Source: Acidobacteriaceae bacterium
Lineage (GTDB): Bacteria; Acidobacteriota; Terriglobia; Terriglobales; Acidobacteriaceae
Assembly: GCA_003170825.1 (NCBI GenBank)
Contig: PMYL01000015.1
Span: 74-64,073 of the forward strand
DNA length: 64,000 nt
Direction of reading: 5' to 3'
The first letter of the stretch is position 1, and every line of letters starts with the position of its first letter. A program made the translations under genes and the position numbers. This document shows positions 29,335-38,242 of this stretch, in pieces. The notes under the pieces are model-generated. The model did no database searches. It was not told the origin of the DNA and saw only the letters and a list, made by a program, of their open reading frames with translations.

Positions 29335-30048
29335 TCAGTTCGCTTTCCTGAAGTCGAAGACAGCGAGGTTCATTTGGCCTTCGGTGAGGATGTGGACGGT
29401 GAGGACGGTTTTGCCGGCGGGAAGGCGGAGTTTGGCGATGGCGGGGGCGACGTTCCAATGATGCCACTGGCGCCAGGGGAGGGGATCGGCGGCATCGAAG
29501 GTTGAGACGATGGTGAGTGGGCCGGTGGCGGGTTCTCCGTTGACGTCGAGGGAGATGGTTCCGCCGCGGTTGGAGGTGTAGAGCAGATCGGCCGAGTACT
29601 CGCCGGCTTCGGCTACCTGAACGGTGACGTTGAACCACTCGCCGGGGGCGGTCCAACCGACGTAGAGGAGGTTTGCGGGGGGCACGACCCGGTCGTAGGG
29701 GTTGTCGTCGACTTTGGGGTCGAGGTTGAACTTGGTGTAGGAGGTGCTGACGCCCTCGTTCATGCGGAACTCGTTCAGATAGGTTCCGTTGGCGGGGTTG
29801 AGTGCGCCGCTGCCGTGATTTTTGGCGTCGGCGTAGTGATAAGCGACGCCTTCGCCGCCCAGGTCGTAGTAGGCGCATAGGACCTTGCCGGGAATCGCCT
29901 GGGCACCGCTTTGATAGCGGCTGTCGTGGTAGGGGGTTCCTTTGTAGTGTGCCAGGAAGTCGGCCTTCGAGGCGCAGAGGGCGGTGGCGGCGAAGAGCAC
30001 GGCGAGGATGGGCAAGGGAAAAGAAGAGCGGACGACGGATTTTTTCAC
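29335..30048 (-). CDS. Secreted carbohydrate-binding (CBM6/CBM35-like) protein
   Basis: Signal peptide; IPGKV..YDLGGEGVAYH, VGWTAPGEWFNVTV and a jelly-roll-like C-terminus. Confidence 0.7.
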   Translation of the reverse strand: MKKSVVRSSFPLPILAVLFAATALCASKADFLAHYKGTPYHDSRYQSGAQAIPGKVLCAYYDLGGEGVAYHYADAKNHGSGALNPANGTYLNEFRMNEGVSTSYTKFNLDPKVDDNPYDRVVPPANLLYVGWTAPGEWFNVTVQVAEAGEYSADLLYTSNRGGTISLDVNGEPATGPLTIVSTFDAADPLPWRQWHHWNVAPAIAKLRLPAGKTVLTVHILTEGQMNLAVFDFRKAN

Positions 30049-30062
30049 GGAGTGGCGCCTCG

Positions 30063-30111
30063 GCTTACGGCTTACAGCTTACAGCTTTCAGCTATCAGTT
30101 GTCAGTGGTCG
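30063..30111. repeat. Degenerate heptamer tandem repeat
   Basis: gcttacg gcttaca gcttaca gctttca gctatca gttgtca gtggtcg. Confidence 0.7.
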
Positions 30112-30161
30112 GCAAGCCGTCAAGCCGGCGCGTCGGGACCTGGGCCAGCCGCCTTCCCGTC

Positions 30162-31178
30162 CTAAACAATGTTGTAGGTACTTGAAAGCTGCCCGGACAG
30201 GATATGGAGGTTTTCAGGAGCGTAGTTCGAGGCTGGAGTCTGGCACCGTTGCTGGACACTGGCGTATAGCGAGGAGCCCGCGATGATGTTGCGGGGGTGC
30301 GGAAAGAGGCGATATAGCCCCGTCAGGGAGTTATGGAGGGTTGCCAGGGCGTCGGCAAGCTGGGGCTGGGGCGGAAATGCGCCCGGGTTGAACTGCAGGC
30401 CGCAGTTCTGTGCGTAGTCTGCCATCCAGTGCAGAGTGATGTTGGAGAGCGCGCATCCACCTTGATCGGGAGGGTATGCGCCACCGCCCACGTCGCAATG
30501 GACGCCGGAGAACCACACCTGCGTGAGGGATTGTCCGGGCGCCGTGGCAGGGGTCCAGAGAGTGGGTTGGAACTGGAGTCTATGTTCATCGATGGACAGC
30601 GCCTGAACGGCGTTCAGGACGTCCGGGTGCAGGCCGGTATCGAGGAAGCCGTATTGGACAACATCGATTCCGCCGAAGATGGCGGGAATCCCCAGGGAGC
30701 CGACGGTATCCCAGACCCCAAGCAGCTGAATCTTGGCGTTATCCATTTGATAGGTTTCGTTCAGGGTGTCGAGGAGCATCTGGCGCTGGGAGACATTGCG
30801 ATAGGCCTCGAATGCCATATCGAGGCATTGGGGATCGTTCTGGTTCACAGTGGGGAGCCCGGCAACGGCAATCATGCCCGCCAGGCTGCGGGCGGTGTAG
30901 GCTCCGCGGCTGAAGCCGAAGATGAAGATCCGGTCGCCGGGGAGATATTGAGCGGCTATGTCGATATAGCCCCGCTTGATCTTTCGAAAGAGCCCGTCTC
31001 CCAAAGCGCCGCCGAGGAGATCGCTGATCGGATCCCCATCCGTGCCGACGCCCGGGTCGTAGGAGGTCAATTGGACGCCGTCGATGTTGGAGGCCGCGGA
31101 GTACAGCTTGACGACATTTGAGTTATTGGATGGCTCGTCCCAGGTTCCGTCGGCAAAGAAAGCGATGTTCTTGGGCAT
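30162..31178 (-). CDS. DUF2235 alpha/beta-hydrolase (Tle1-like phospholipase domain)
   Basis: FADGTWD, SNVVKLY, YDPGVGT, FGFSRGAYTAR, GVWDTVGS and WFSGVHCDVGG. Confidence 0.88.
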   Translation of the reverse strand: MPKNIAFFADGTWDEPSNNSNVVKLYSAASNIDGVQLTSYDPGVGTDGDPISDLLGGALGDGLFRKIKRGYIDIAAQYLPGDRIFIFGFSRGAYTARSLAGMIAVAGLPTVNQNDPQCLDMAFEAYRNVSQRQMLLDTLNETYQMDNAKIQLLGVWDTVGSLGIPAIFGGIDVVQYGFLDTGLHPDVLNAVQALSIDEHRLQFQPTLWTPATAPGQSLTQVWFSGVHCDVGGGAYPPDQGGCALSNITLHWMADYAQNCGLQFNPGAFPPQPQLADALATLHNSLTGLYRLFPHPRNIIAGSSLYASVQQRCQTPASNYAPENLHILSGQLSSTYNIV

Positions 31179-31348
31179 GGATTCTCCTTTTCAGCAGCTC
31201 ACGTTTAGCGGTTCGATGCTTGGAGCCCGGATTGGAGAAAGAGTATGTCCACGGCGGGGGGTGAGTCAATTGGGAAAAATCGCCTGGCAGGCGGGGCGCT
31301 GGCGGGCAGCTACTCCTGTAAAGTTGGGAGAAGCACCTCGTATTTTTC

Positions 31349-33544
31349 GTGCCAGTTCCTCACGCCTCAGGCGCTCTTCTTTTGACGATTCCTTCCAATT
31401 CGGATGTGCTGGCTGGGTTGCTGCGCTCGGTCTTCGGGTTTGCGCGGTTTCGGGTGGGGCAGGAGGCGGTTTGCCGTGCGGCGATCAAGGGGCGGGACTT
31501 GCTGCTGGTGATGCCGACGGGGGCAGGGAAGAGCCTGTGCTACCAGTTGCCGGCGATTGCGCGGGGCGGGACGGCGCTGGTGATTTCGCCGCTGATTGCG
31601 CTGATGGAGGACCAGGCGGCGAAGCTGGCTGCGCTGGGACTGCGGGTGGCGCGGATTCATTCGGGGCTGGAGCGTGGCGTGGCGCGTCAGGCTTGCGCGG
31701 ATTATTTGAACGGGAGCTTGCAGTTCCTGTTCATTGCGCCGGAACGGCTGCGGGTGCCGGGGTTTGCCCAGATGCTGGCCAAGCGGAAGCTGGCGCTGAT
31801 TGCGATCGATGAGGCGCATTGCATCTCGCAGTGGGGGCACGACTTCAGGCCCGACTACCGGATGCTGGGGCAATACCTGCCGGGGCTGCGGGCGGGGGCA
31901 GATGCGGCGCCGGTGTTGGCGCTGACGGCTACGGCGACGCCGACGGTGCAGGCGGACATTCTGGCGCAACTGGGGATGGTGGAGCCGGTGAAGTTCATTC
32001 ACGGGTTTCGGCGGGAAAACCTGGCCATTGAGGTGGTGGAGGTTCCGGTGCCGGAGCGGGCGGGGGCGATTGCGCGTCTGCTGGCGGAGCCGGGGCGGCG
32101 GCCGGCGATTGTGTATGCGACTTCAAGGAAGAATGCCGAACGGCTGGCGGAAGAGTTGTCGGATACGGCGTGGGGGCGGCGGATTGCGGCAGCAGCGTAC
32201 CACGCGGGGCTGGATGCTGAGACGCGGGAGCGGGTGCAGACGGGGTTCCAGGCGGGCGAGCTGGAGGTGGTGGTGGCGACGATCGCGTTTGGGATGGGGA
32301 TCGACAAGGCGGATATACGGACGGTGATCCATGCGGGGCTGCCGGCGACGCTGGAGGGCTATTACCAGGAGATTGGGCGGGCGGGGCGGGACGGCGGGAT
32401 GAGCCGGACCTATCTGATGCACAGCTATGCCGACCAGAGGACGCACGACTTCTTTTTGAATCGGGATTATCCGCCGGTTGGGCAACTGATGGAGGTGTTC
32501 AAGGCGCTGAGGGAGGAGGCGCAGCCCGTGGAGGAGTTGCGGGTGGGATCGCGACTGGGCGAGGAGGAGTTCGACAAGGCGCTGGAGAAGCTGGAGATCC
32601 ACGGCGGGGCGCGAATGGACTTTGGCTCGCCGCGGCGAGTAACGGTGGGCGGGACGGGCTGGAAGAAGACGTATGCGGTGCAGGCGCAGTACCGGGCGGA
32701 ACAGTTTGAGAAGGTGCTGCGGTTTACCACACAGAACGAGTGCCGGATGGCGGCGCTGGTGCGGCACTTTGGGGATGTGGAGGATGCGAGCCGGCCGTGC
32801 GGGGTTTGCGATGTGTGCGATCCGGCGGGGGCGGTGCTGCGGCTGTTTCGGCGGGCGGCGGCGGCGGAGCGGGAGCTGGCGCGGGCGATTGTGGAGGAGC
32901 TGCGCGGGGTGGCTTACAAGGCGGCGGGGACGCTGCAACGGAGTCTCGGCGGGGCGGCGAGGATGAGCCGGGGCGAGTTCGATGGGCTGCTGGGGGCGAT
33001 GGCGCAGGCGGGGCTGATCGAGATGGAAGAGGCGGAGTACGAGAAGGATGGGGAGGTCAGGCGGTTCCGCAAGGTGCGGCTGACGGATGCGGGACGGGAG
33101 ATGCGGGCGGGGAACCCGGTGGAGCTGCTGATCAGCGACGGGATTGTGGAGGAGTTTAGCGGGCGGGTTGAGGCTGCGGGGCGGGCGAAGAAGGGGAAGG
33201 CGGCTGCGGGCAAGGAGGCAACGAAGCCGGGATTGGCCGGGGCGGGTAAGGCTGGGACGGCGAAGGCGGAGACTGCGGCGGCGGCGCGGCTGCCGGCGGA
33301 GGGTGAGGCGCTGGCGGCGCGGATCAGGGAGTGGCGTGGGGCGGAGGCGAAACGGCTGAGGGTTCCGGCGTATGTGGTGATGCACGACCGGACGGTGACG
33401 GCGCTGGCGCAGACGCGGCCGCGGAGTCCGAAGGAGTTGCTGGCGATCGATGGCATTGGGCCGGCCAAGGTGGAGAAGTTTGGCGAGGCGATTCTGGGGC
33501 TTTGCGCGGGTGGGCCGGGTGAGGGGATGCAAGGTTGGCCATGA
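31349..33544 (+). CDS. RecQ-family ATP-dependent DNA helicase with HRDC domain
   Basis: MPTGAGKSLCYQ, IDEAHCISQWGHDFRPDY, ATIAFGMGIDK, YYQEIGRAGRDG, a CRM..CGVCDVC zinc site and a C-terminal HRDC (VPAYVVMHDRT). Confidence 0.93.
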   Translation: MPVPHASGALLLTIPSNSDVLAGLLRSVFGFARFRVGQEAVCRAAIKGRDLLLVMPTGAGKSLCYQLPAIARGGTALVISPLIALMEDQAAKLAALGLRVARIHSGLERGVARQACADYLNGSLQFLFIAPERLRVPGFAQMLAKRKLALIAIDEAHCISQWGHDFRPDYRMLGQYLPGLRAGADAAPVLALTATATPTVQADILAQLGMVEPVKFIHGFRRENLAIEVVEVPVPERAGAIARLLAEPGRRPAIVYATSRKNAERLAEELSDTAWGRRIAAAAYHAGLDAETRERVQTGFQAGELEVVVATIAFGMGIDKADIRTVIHAGLPATLEGYYQEIGRAGRDGGMSRTYLMHSYADQRTHDFFLNRDYPPVGQLMEVFKALREEAQPVEELRVGSRLGEEEFDKALEKLEIHGGARMDFGSPRRVTVGGTGWKKTYAVQAQYRAEQFEKVLRFTTQNECRMAALVRHFGDVEDASRPCGVCDVCDPAGAVLRLFRRAAAAERELARAIVEELRGVAYKAAGTLQRSLGGAARMSRGEFDGLLGAMAQAGLIEMEEAEYEKDGEVRRFRKVRLTDAGREMRAGNPVELLISDGIVEEFSGRVEAAGRAKKGKAAAGKEATKPGLAGAGKAGTAKAETAAAARLPAEGEALAARIREWRGAEAKRLRVPAYVVMHDRTVTALAQTRPRSPKELLAIDGIGPAKVEKFGEAILGLCAGGPGEGMQGWP

Positions 33545-33770
33545 GGGTTTTCGATACCGCGGAAATTCCCGGGATCGCAGTCCAGGAAACTCGCGCGACC
33601 ACCATCAACGTTACATTGAAGCTTGGGAAGGCCTCCGAATCCGTTGAGGTTACGGCTAATCCCATGCTCAACGCGACCGACGGCTATACGCTGAACTCCG
33701 CGCAGATTGAGCTTACCCCTCTGGCCACCGGCAGCTTTACCCAGCATGCTGTGCTTTCGCCGGGCGTGGC
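33541..33770 (+). pseudogene. Remnant of a TonB-dependent receptor (carboxypeptidase-regulatory-like N-terminal region)
   Basis: IAVQETRATTINVTLKLGKASESVEVTANPMLNATDGYTLNSAQIELTPLATGSFTQHAVLSPGV resembles acidobacterial TBDR N-termini; it has no signal peptide and no barrel. Confidence 0.6.
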
Positions 33771-33957
33771 AAAGGCGAAGCTGAGCAGGCCTGGCCGGCT
33801 CAACTGGAGCGCCAGCCACTCCAGCAGCGAGATGCGATGCGGAGCTCTTATTTCCAAGGCGTGCTCGACCCTGGTTTTAACGGGCAATCCGGAAGTATGC
33901 ACCGACAGCCTGGACTTGCACCGATCGACCAGTACCGAACCCAGACGAGCAGAGCGC

Positions 33958-35154
33958 TCATCGGAAGAAGCTGAAGCCTTTTTTCTTTTCCGGGTATACG
34001 CTCAGGCCGCAAGCTGTGCCGGCCATTTTACGGATCATGAGTGAAATGGGCGAGTCCTGGAGCGCGAGCGGGGTAGCAGTGTCCTGCATCTGCCGGACCG
34101 TGGCGTAATCGTTGGGAATCTTCCACTGGACGGGCCTGGAGAGCGCCTTCGCAACTTGCTCATCATTGATTCCCATAGAGCCTGGCTTATACCGGTTGAG
34201 CACGATTTCGAGGTTGGGGCCACCTGTGGTGAAGTACTGGCCTATCAGGCGATTTGCATTGCGCAGTTCGGGAATGCTGACCTGCGTGACCAGATAGATG
34301 GTGGAAGCCTGGTTGAGGAGAGCCGTGCCGGTTGGATCAAGCCTGGATCCCGCATCGACTACCACGTTATCGAAGTCCTTGCGGGCGACGGCCAGCAGCT
34401 TGTCAATGGCTTCGTGCGAGGCCTCGACGAGGAGGAATTTGCCTGGGGCCGCGAGTACCCACAACCCCGAACTATGCCTGACGAGCAGTCCGGAGAGGAA
34501 ATTCGAGTCGAGGCGGGCAGTATCCTCAAGAGCGTTGACAGTCGAGTATTCAGAGGTGATCCCGAGGTTGAGGGCCGCGTCTCCAAGGGGGAGATTGAGA
34601 TCGATCAAGAGGGTGTTCTGGGCGAGGTCATGGGCCAGCGATACGGCGAAATTGCAGGCGACGGTGGTGACGCCGGAGCCGCCCTTGGCGCCGAGAAACA
34701 CGAACAACCTGCCGGTTGCTTTCCTGGAGGGGATCGTTGCCGGACGGCGGACCGAAACCCGCACCAGAGCTTCGGCCATGGCGCCGGGAGCGCAGGGCAG
34801 AGTGAGAAACTCGCGAGCGCCCGCTTGCATGCAGCGGATCAGCAGTTCCGGAGCGGCATGAGCCGAATAGACGATCACGGTTGCCGAGTCATGGGCACAG
34901 ATGCTCCCCACCAGATCGAGGGCGCATTCCGGGTCACTGTCCAGGTCAATGAGGACGACGTCGTAATTCTGCTCCAGCATCTTCTGCAAATAATCGTGGC
35001 CGTGAGGGTAGGAAGAAAACTCCTGGATCGCGCCAGCCTGGCAGCCGGCAATCTCGCCGGCTACCGTCTTGCGGCGCCGGTCTTCCGGGCCGACGATCGC
35101 GATGGACAAGACGCTGGCGCTAAGTGCATCGGGAATCTGGATAGAGGCTGACAT
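33958..35154 (-). CDS. cpaE: CpaE/TadZ-like pilus assembly ATPase (receiver-like + MinD-like), paralog 1
   Basis: Receiver-like N-terminus (DVVLIDLDSDPE, CMQAGAREFL), deviant Walker A GAKGGSGVTT, LIDLNLPLGDAAL, IPELRNA and KIPNDY. Confidence 0.85.
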   Translation of the reverse strand: MSASIQIPDALSASVLSIAIVGPEDRRRKTVAGEIAGCQAGAIQEFSSYPHGHDYLQKMLEQNYDVVLIDLDSDPECALDLVGSICAHDSATVIVYSAHAAPELLIRCMQAGAREFLTLPCAPGAMAEALVRVSVRRPATIPSRKATGRLFVFLGAKGGSGVTTVACNFAVSLAHDLAQNTLLIDLNLPLGDAALNLGITSEYSTVNALEDTARLDSNFLSGLLVRHSSGLWVLAAPGKFLLVEASHEAIDKLLAVARKDFDNVVVDAGSRLDPTGTALLNQASTIYLVTQVSIPELRNANRLIGQYFTTGGPNLEIVLNRYKPGSMGINDEQVAKALSRPVQWKIPNDYATVRQMQDTATPLALQDSPISLMIRKMAGTACGLSVYPEKKKGFSFFR

Positions 35155-35532
35155 GACGAAACTTCTTCTCCAAGCTGCGTGCAACACTCCCGCGGGCTAC
35201 CGCGATTGTTCAACTGTGTGAACCTATTATAAAACAAATCAAAAACTGCTCAGTAGGGTTATCGGCAGCAGGGAAGCCGACATTAGAATTCTTTGAGACG
35301 CGGCTCATCGCATAACCTCCGCCTCGTCATTAAGAACTTTAGAAACAATTGGTTACGATACTTACCATTCTGTCACGACGGAGGTCGCGGGTTGGAGCGC
35401 TGTCGTCCCCGCCCTACATCCCAATGGGCCTGGCGGGGACGGCGACGAGAGGGACAGTTACCCATGGGCGCAATTAGAGCGGAACCAGAGTAAACGTGTC
35501 ATTGCAGAGAGTTTTCTGGGTGGCTTTTGCTT

Positions 35533-35578
35533 CCACCCCTGCGACGAAGACCCCGCCGCGGCGGGCTGGGGACCCCGG
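35533..35578. repeat. HPTD..GTP-family palindromic repeat, long-loop variant
   Basis: ccacccctgcgacgaagaccccgccgcggcgggctggggaccccgg. Confidence 0.6.
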
Positions 35579-35757
35579 TTGAGGAAAAACCACTTGGCAA
35601 TGTTACTTTCGTGGTACATCAATGCTGGTTCCGTTGTAGCCCGGAATTCCACGGATTGTGCGTTCTCATAGCGCCTTGTCAACGTACGGCCCTTGTGACG
35701 CCAGGAACTCACGGGCGGCCATTCAGATTCGAGAGTCTCGTGTGGTACATTTGCGCC

Positions 35758-36660
35758 ATGATCATCAAAAGTTTGGCGATGGTCGCGGTACTGTTGGCTA
35801 TGACGCAGGCGCCCGTGCCAGTTTCCGGGCAGGCAGCCGGTCATGCCGGCGCCGATCGGCAGACTCCGCCCTCTTTGACTCCTTCCAATGCCGCCCCGCA
35901 AAGCACAGGCAACCCAGCCGCCAAAGGCGATTGCAATGGTTTTCCCTGCGACACGCAGCAGCCTCACGTCGTCGTTACTCTTCCGGCTCCAACGCCGCAA
36001 CCCTGGCTCTTGCGCGATCGAATCGCATGGGGGGCAAACCTGCTGCTGGCCGTTGTGGGATACGTCGGCATCATGCTGGCCGTCTCCACGCTGAAAAAGA
36101 TCGACCGCCAGACACGCTTCGCAGAAGCCGCCGCGGAAACAGCCTCCAATAGCGCTCAGGCCGCATTGTTGCATGCTCAAGCCATCATCGATTCAGAAAG
36201 GCCCTGGCTCGTGATTACGGTCGAGCCAGCCCTGAACACTGAGAACAGTTTCACCGTTATGGCCACGAACCGTGGCCGTTCCCCTGCCCTAATCGTCGGC
36301 ACTCTGGAGCAGATCATGATTGCAATCGATGAAGTCCAGCTCCCCAATACCCCTCAGTATGAGGACAGGGAACCGAAAGCCCCGCTTGTTCCCATCATTC
36401 TGCTTCCGGGTGAATCCACGGCCATCAAGCCATTCAACCGGGATGATCTGAAAGGGATTTGCGAATCCGAGGCAGAACTGAAGCGCGTGGAAAACTGGCA
36501 GGAAAAGGTCTTTATATACGGAAAGCTTATCTACCGGGATTTGATTGCGCCTGGGGACAAGCAAATCCATGAAACGAACTGGTTTTGCTGGTACATCCAC
36601 GGACGGCAGAAGAGCGGTTTGGTCATTGCCGGACCGCCTGCATACAACGTGCACACTTAG
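35758..36660 (+). CDS. Hypothetical membrane protein
   Basis: Signal-like N-terminus MIIKSLAMVAVLLAM, a TM helix, then ERPWLVI...NRGRSPA; start inferred. Confidence 0.65.
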   Translation: MIIKSLAMVAVLLAMTQAPVPVSGQAAGHAGADRQTPPSLTPSNAAPQSTGNPAAKGDCNGFPCDTQQPHVVVTLPAPTPQPWLLRDRIAWGANLLLAVVGYVGIMLAVSTLKKIDRQTRFAEAAAETASNSAQAALLHAQAIIDSERPWLVITVEPALNTENSFTVMATNRGRSPALIVGTLEQIMIAIDEVQLPNTPQYEDREPKAPLVPIILLPGESTAIKPFNRDDLKGICESEAELKRVENWQEKVFIYGKLIYRDLIAPGDKQIHETNWFCWYIHGRQKSGLVIAGPPAYNVHT

Positions 36661-36732
36661 AACGCGCAAAGGAGAGGGAAGCACGCCCAACGGAGAATGC
36701 CGGACGACCGCGCCGGATCGACGACTCTTCTT

Positions 36733-38205
36733 CTATTCTTCTGCCCGGCTTCCGGGCGCAGTTCGCATCAGTATCACGGAGTTGTTGTCAGAATAGACGA
36801 TCTTCCACTCATGCAAGAGCGGCAAGACGCGAGCCATGGGGGATTGGCGGGCCAAGAGGCAAAAATTGATCCTGTACTTCTGAAGGAGCGCATTCGGGTC
36901 GCTCTGCAGCATCGCCCAGTTTCCGAATTCGCCGAGGAAACCCGACCATTCGTAAACGTCGGTTCGACCGTCCATCATGACCGGGTATTCCGGCGCCGCC
37001 CAGATTAGGTAGCCTCCAAATGAATAGTCGTTCAACATGGGCCCGGAAAGATGATTGGCTTTGATGAATTCCACCGCCTTAACAGGGCTTTGATCCTCGA
37101 CCTGTTTTTCCAGGTTTTGCCGGCTCGGAAAGGCCAAGAGCGCTACCAGCATCGAAAGTCCAATGAACGCCGCATTTGGCCAGATGCGATCCTCTTCGGC
37201 CTTGTAACCGTCCCACGAAGTTGAGAGCTGACGCGACAGAACAGGCGCGGCCAATATGCCGAAGACAGCCAGCATGCGCAGATGGCTGGCAGCCAGCCAT
37301 GTGCCAAGCGCCAGGAGAAGCAACTCATCCCAAAACAACTCGGTTCGACGCACGACCACCAGTAGAAAGCAGCATAGAAGAACGACCAACAGTCCAACTC
37401 CGCGCGCGTCACTCAACTGCAGCGGCGCCCACTCCTCCACGTTGCCGAGAAGGATATGCATATTCAGCATGGTGTCGAAGGGGTAGAGGATTTGCTTGAT
37501 GCCGACCGGATTGAGGAACAACGCCGCAACCGAGAGGATCATCGCCAGCATAAACATCCCGCGGCAGCGCGGATCCCAGCGTTGCGATACCAGGGAACCC
37601 ATCTGAAAGCTGAAAAGGGAAGTGAAAAGAAAGACTCCCGCCAGGGCAATCCCGAGAATGAAAGACCCGTGGCAGTTAATCCAGACTGCGAACAGTATCG
37701 GCAGCCAGAAAAACCAGCGGGGATTGCGAGTGCGTCCGAGGCGGATCAGCACGAGTTCCGCGATCAACAAGAGGTAGGCAATCATCTGCGGCCGAATCGC
37801 AAAGCCGATGGTGGCAAAGAACCAAATGGCCATGGCCCCCACGAAAGCCACTTTGGCATTTCCCGAGTAAAGCGAACAAAGACCATACCCGGCGACGAGA
37901 AGAGCTCCGGTGAAGAGGCATAACCAGAGCATCAGGCCAGAAAGGCCGCCCCATTTGCAGGCGCCGTAAATGGCTACCTGCGCGAGCCATTCCTGCGGTA
38001 TCAAGGCCTGGTGGTTGCTTGTATAGGAAAAGAGATCTGCAAGAGGAATGGCATGGGTCGTCCAGATGATCTCACCTGTCTTGAGGTGCCACCACAGATC
38101 CGGGTCGTCGAAACGCGACCGTACCGTCAGCACAGCGAGCACGACCAGAACGCTGGCCAGCATTACCGGGAACGAGAAGATCCTTCGTAGAATTCGAATG
38201 GGCAC
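36733..38205 (-). CDS. Multi-pass membrane protein, GT-C-like (DPDLWWHL family), paralog 1
   Basis: DDPDLWWHLKTG, D.FSYT, EWL, IRPQ, WINCHGSF, EEWAP and DGRTDVY; clearly paralogous to 58768..60303. Confidence 0.8.
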   Translation of the reverse strand: MPIRILRRIFSFPVMLASVLVVLAVLTVRSRFDDPDLWWHLKTGEIIWTTHAIPLADLFSYTSNHQALIPQEWLAQVAIYGACKWGGLSGLMLWLCLFTGALLVAGYGLCSLYSGNAKVAFVGAMAIWFFATIGFAIRPQMIAYLLLIAELVLIRLGRTRNPRWFFWLPILFAVWINCHGSFILGIALAGVFLFTSLFSFQMGSLVSQRWDPRCRGMFMLAMILSVAALFLNPVGIKQILYPFDTMLNMHILLGNVEEWAPLQLSDARGVGLLVVLLCCFLLVVVRRTELFWDELLLLALGTWLAASHLRMLAVFGILAAPVLSRQLSTSWDGYKAEEDRIWPNAAFIGLSMLVALLAFPSRQNLEKQVEDQSPVKAVEFIKANHLSGPMLNDYSFGGYLIWAAPEYPVMMDGRTDVYEWSGFLGEFGNWAMLQSDPNALLQKYRINFCLLARQSPMARVLPLLHEWKIVYSDNNSVILMRTAPGSRAEE

Positions 38206-38242
38206 AGAATAGCCTTGTTCCCGGCACCCAGGGATGCTGTGC

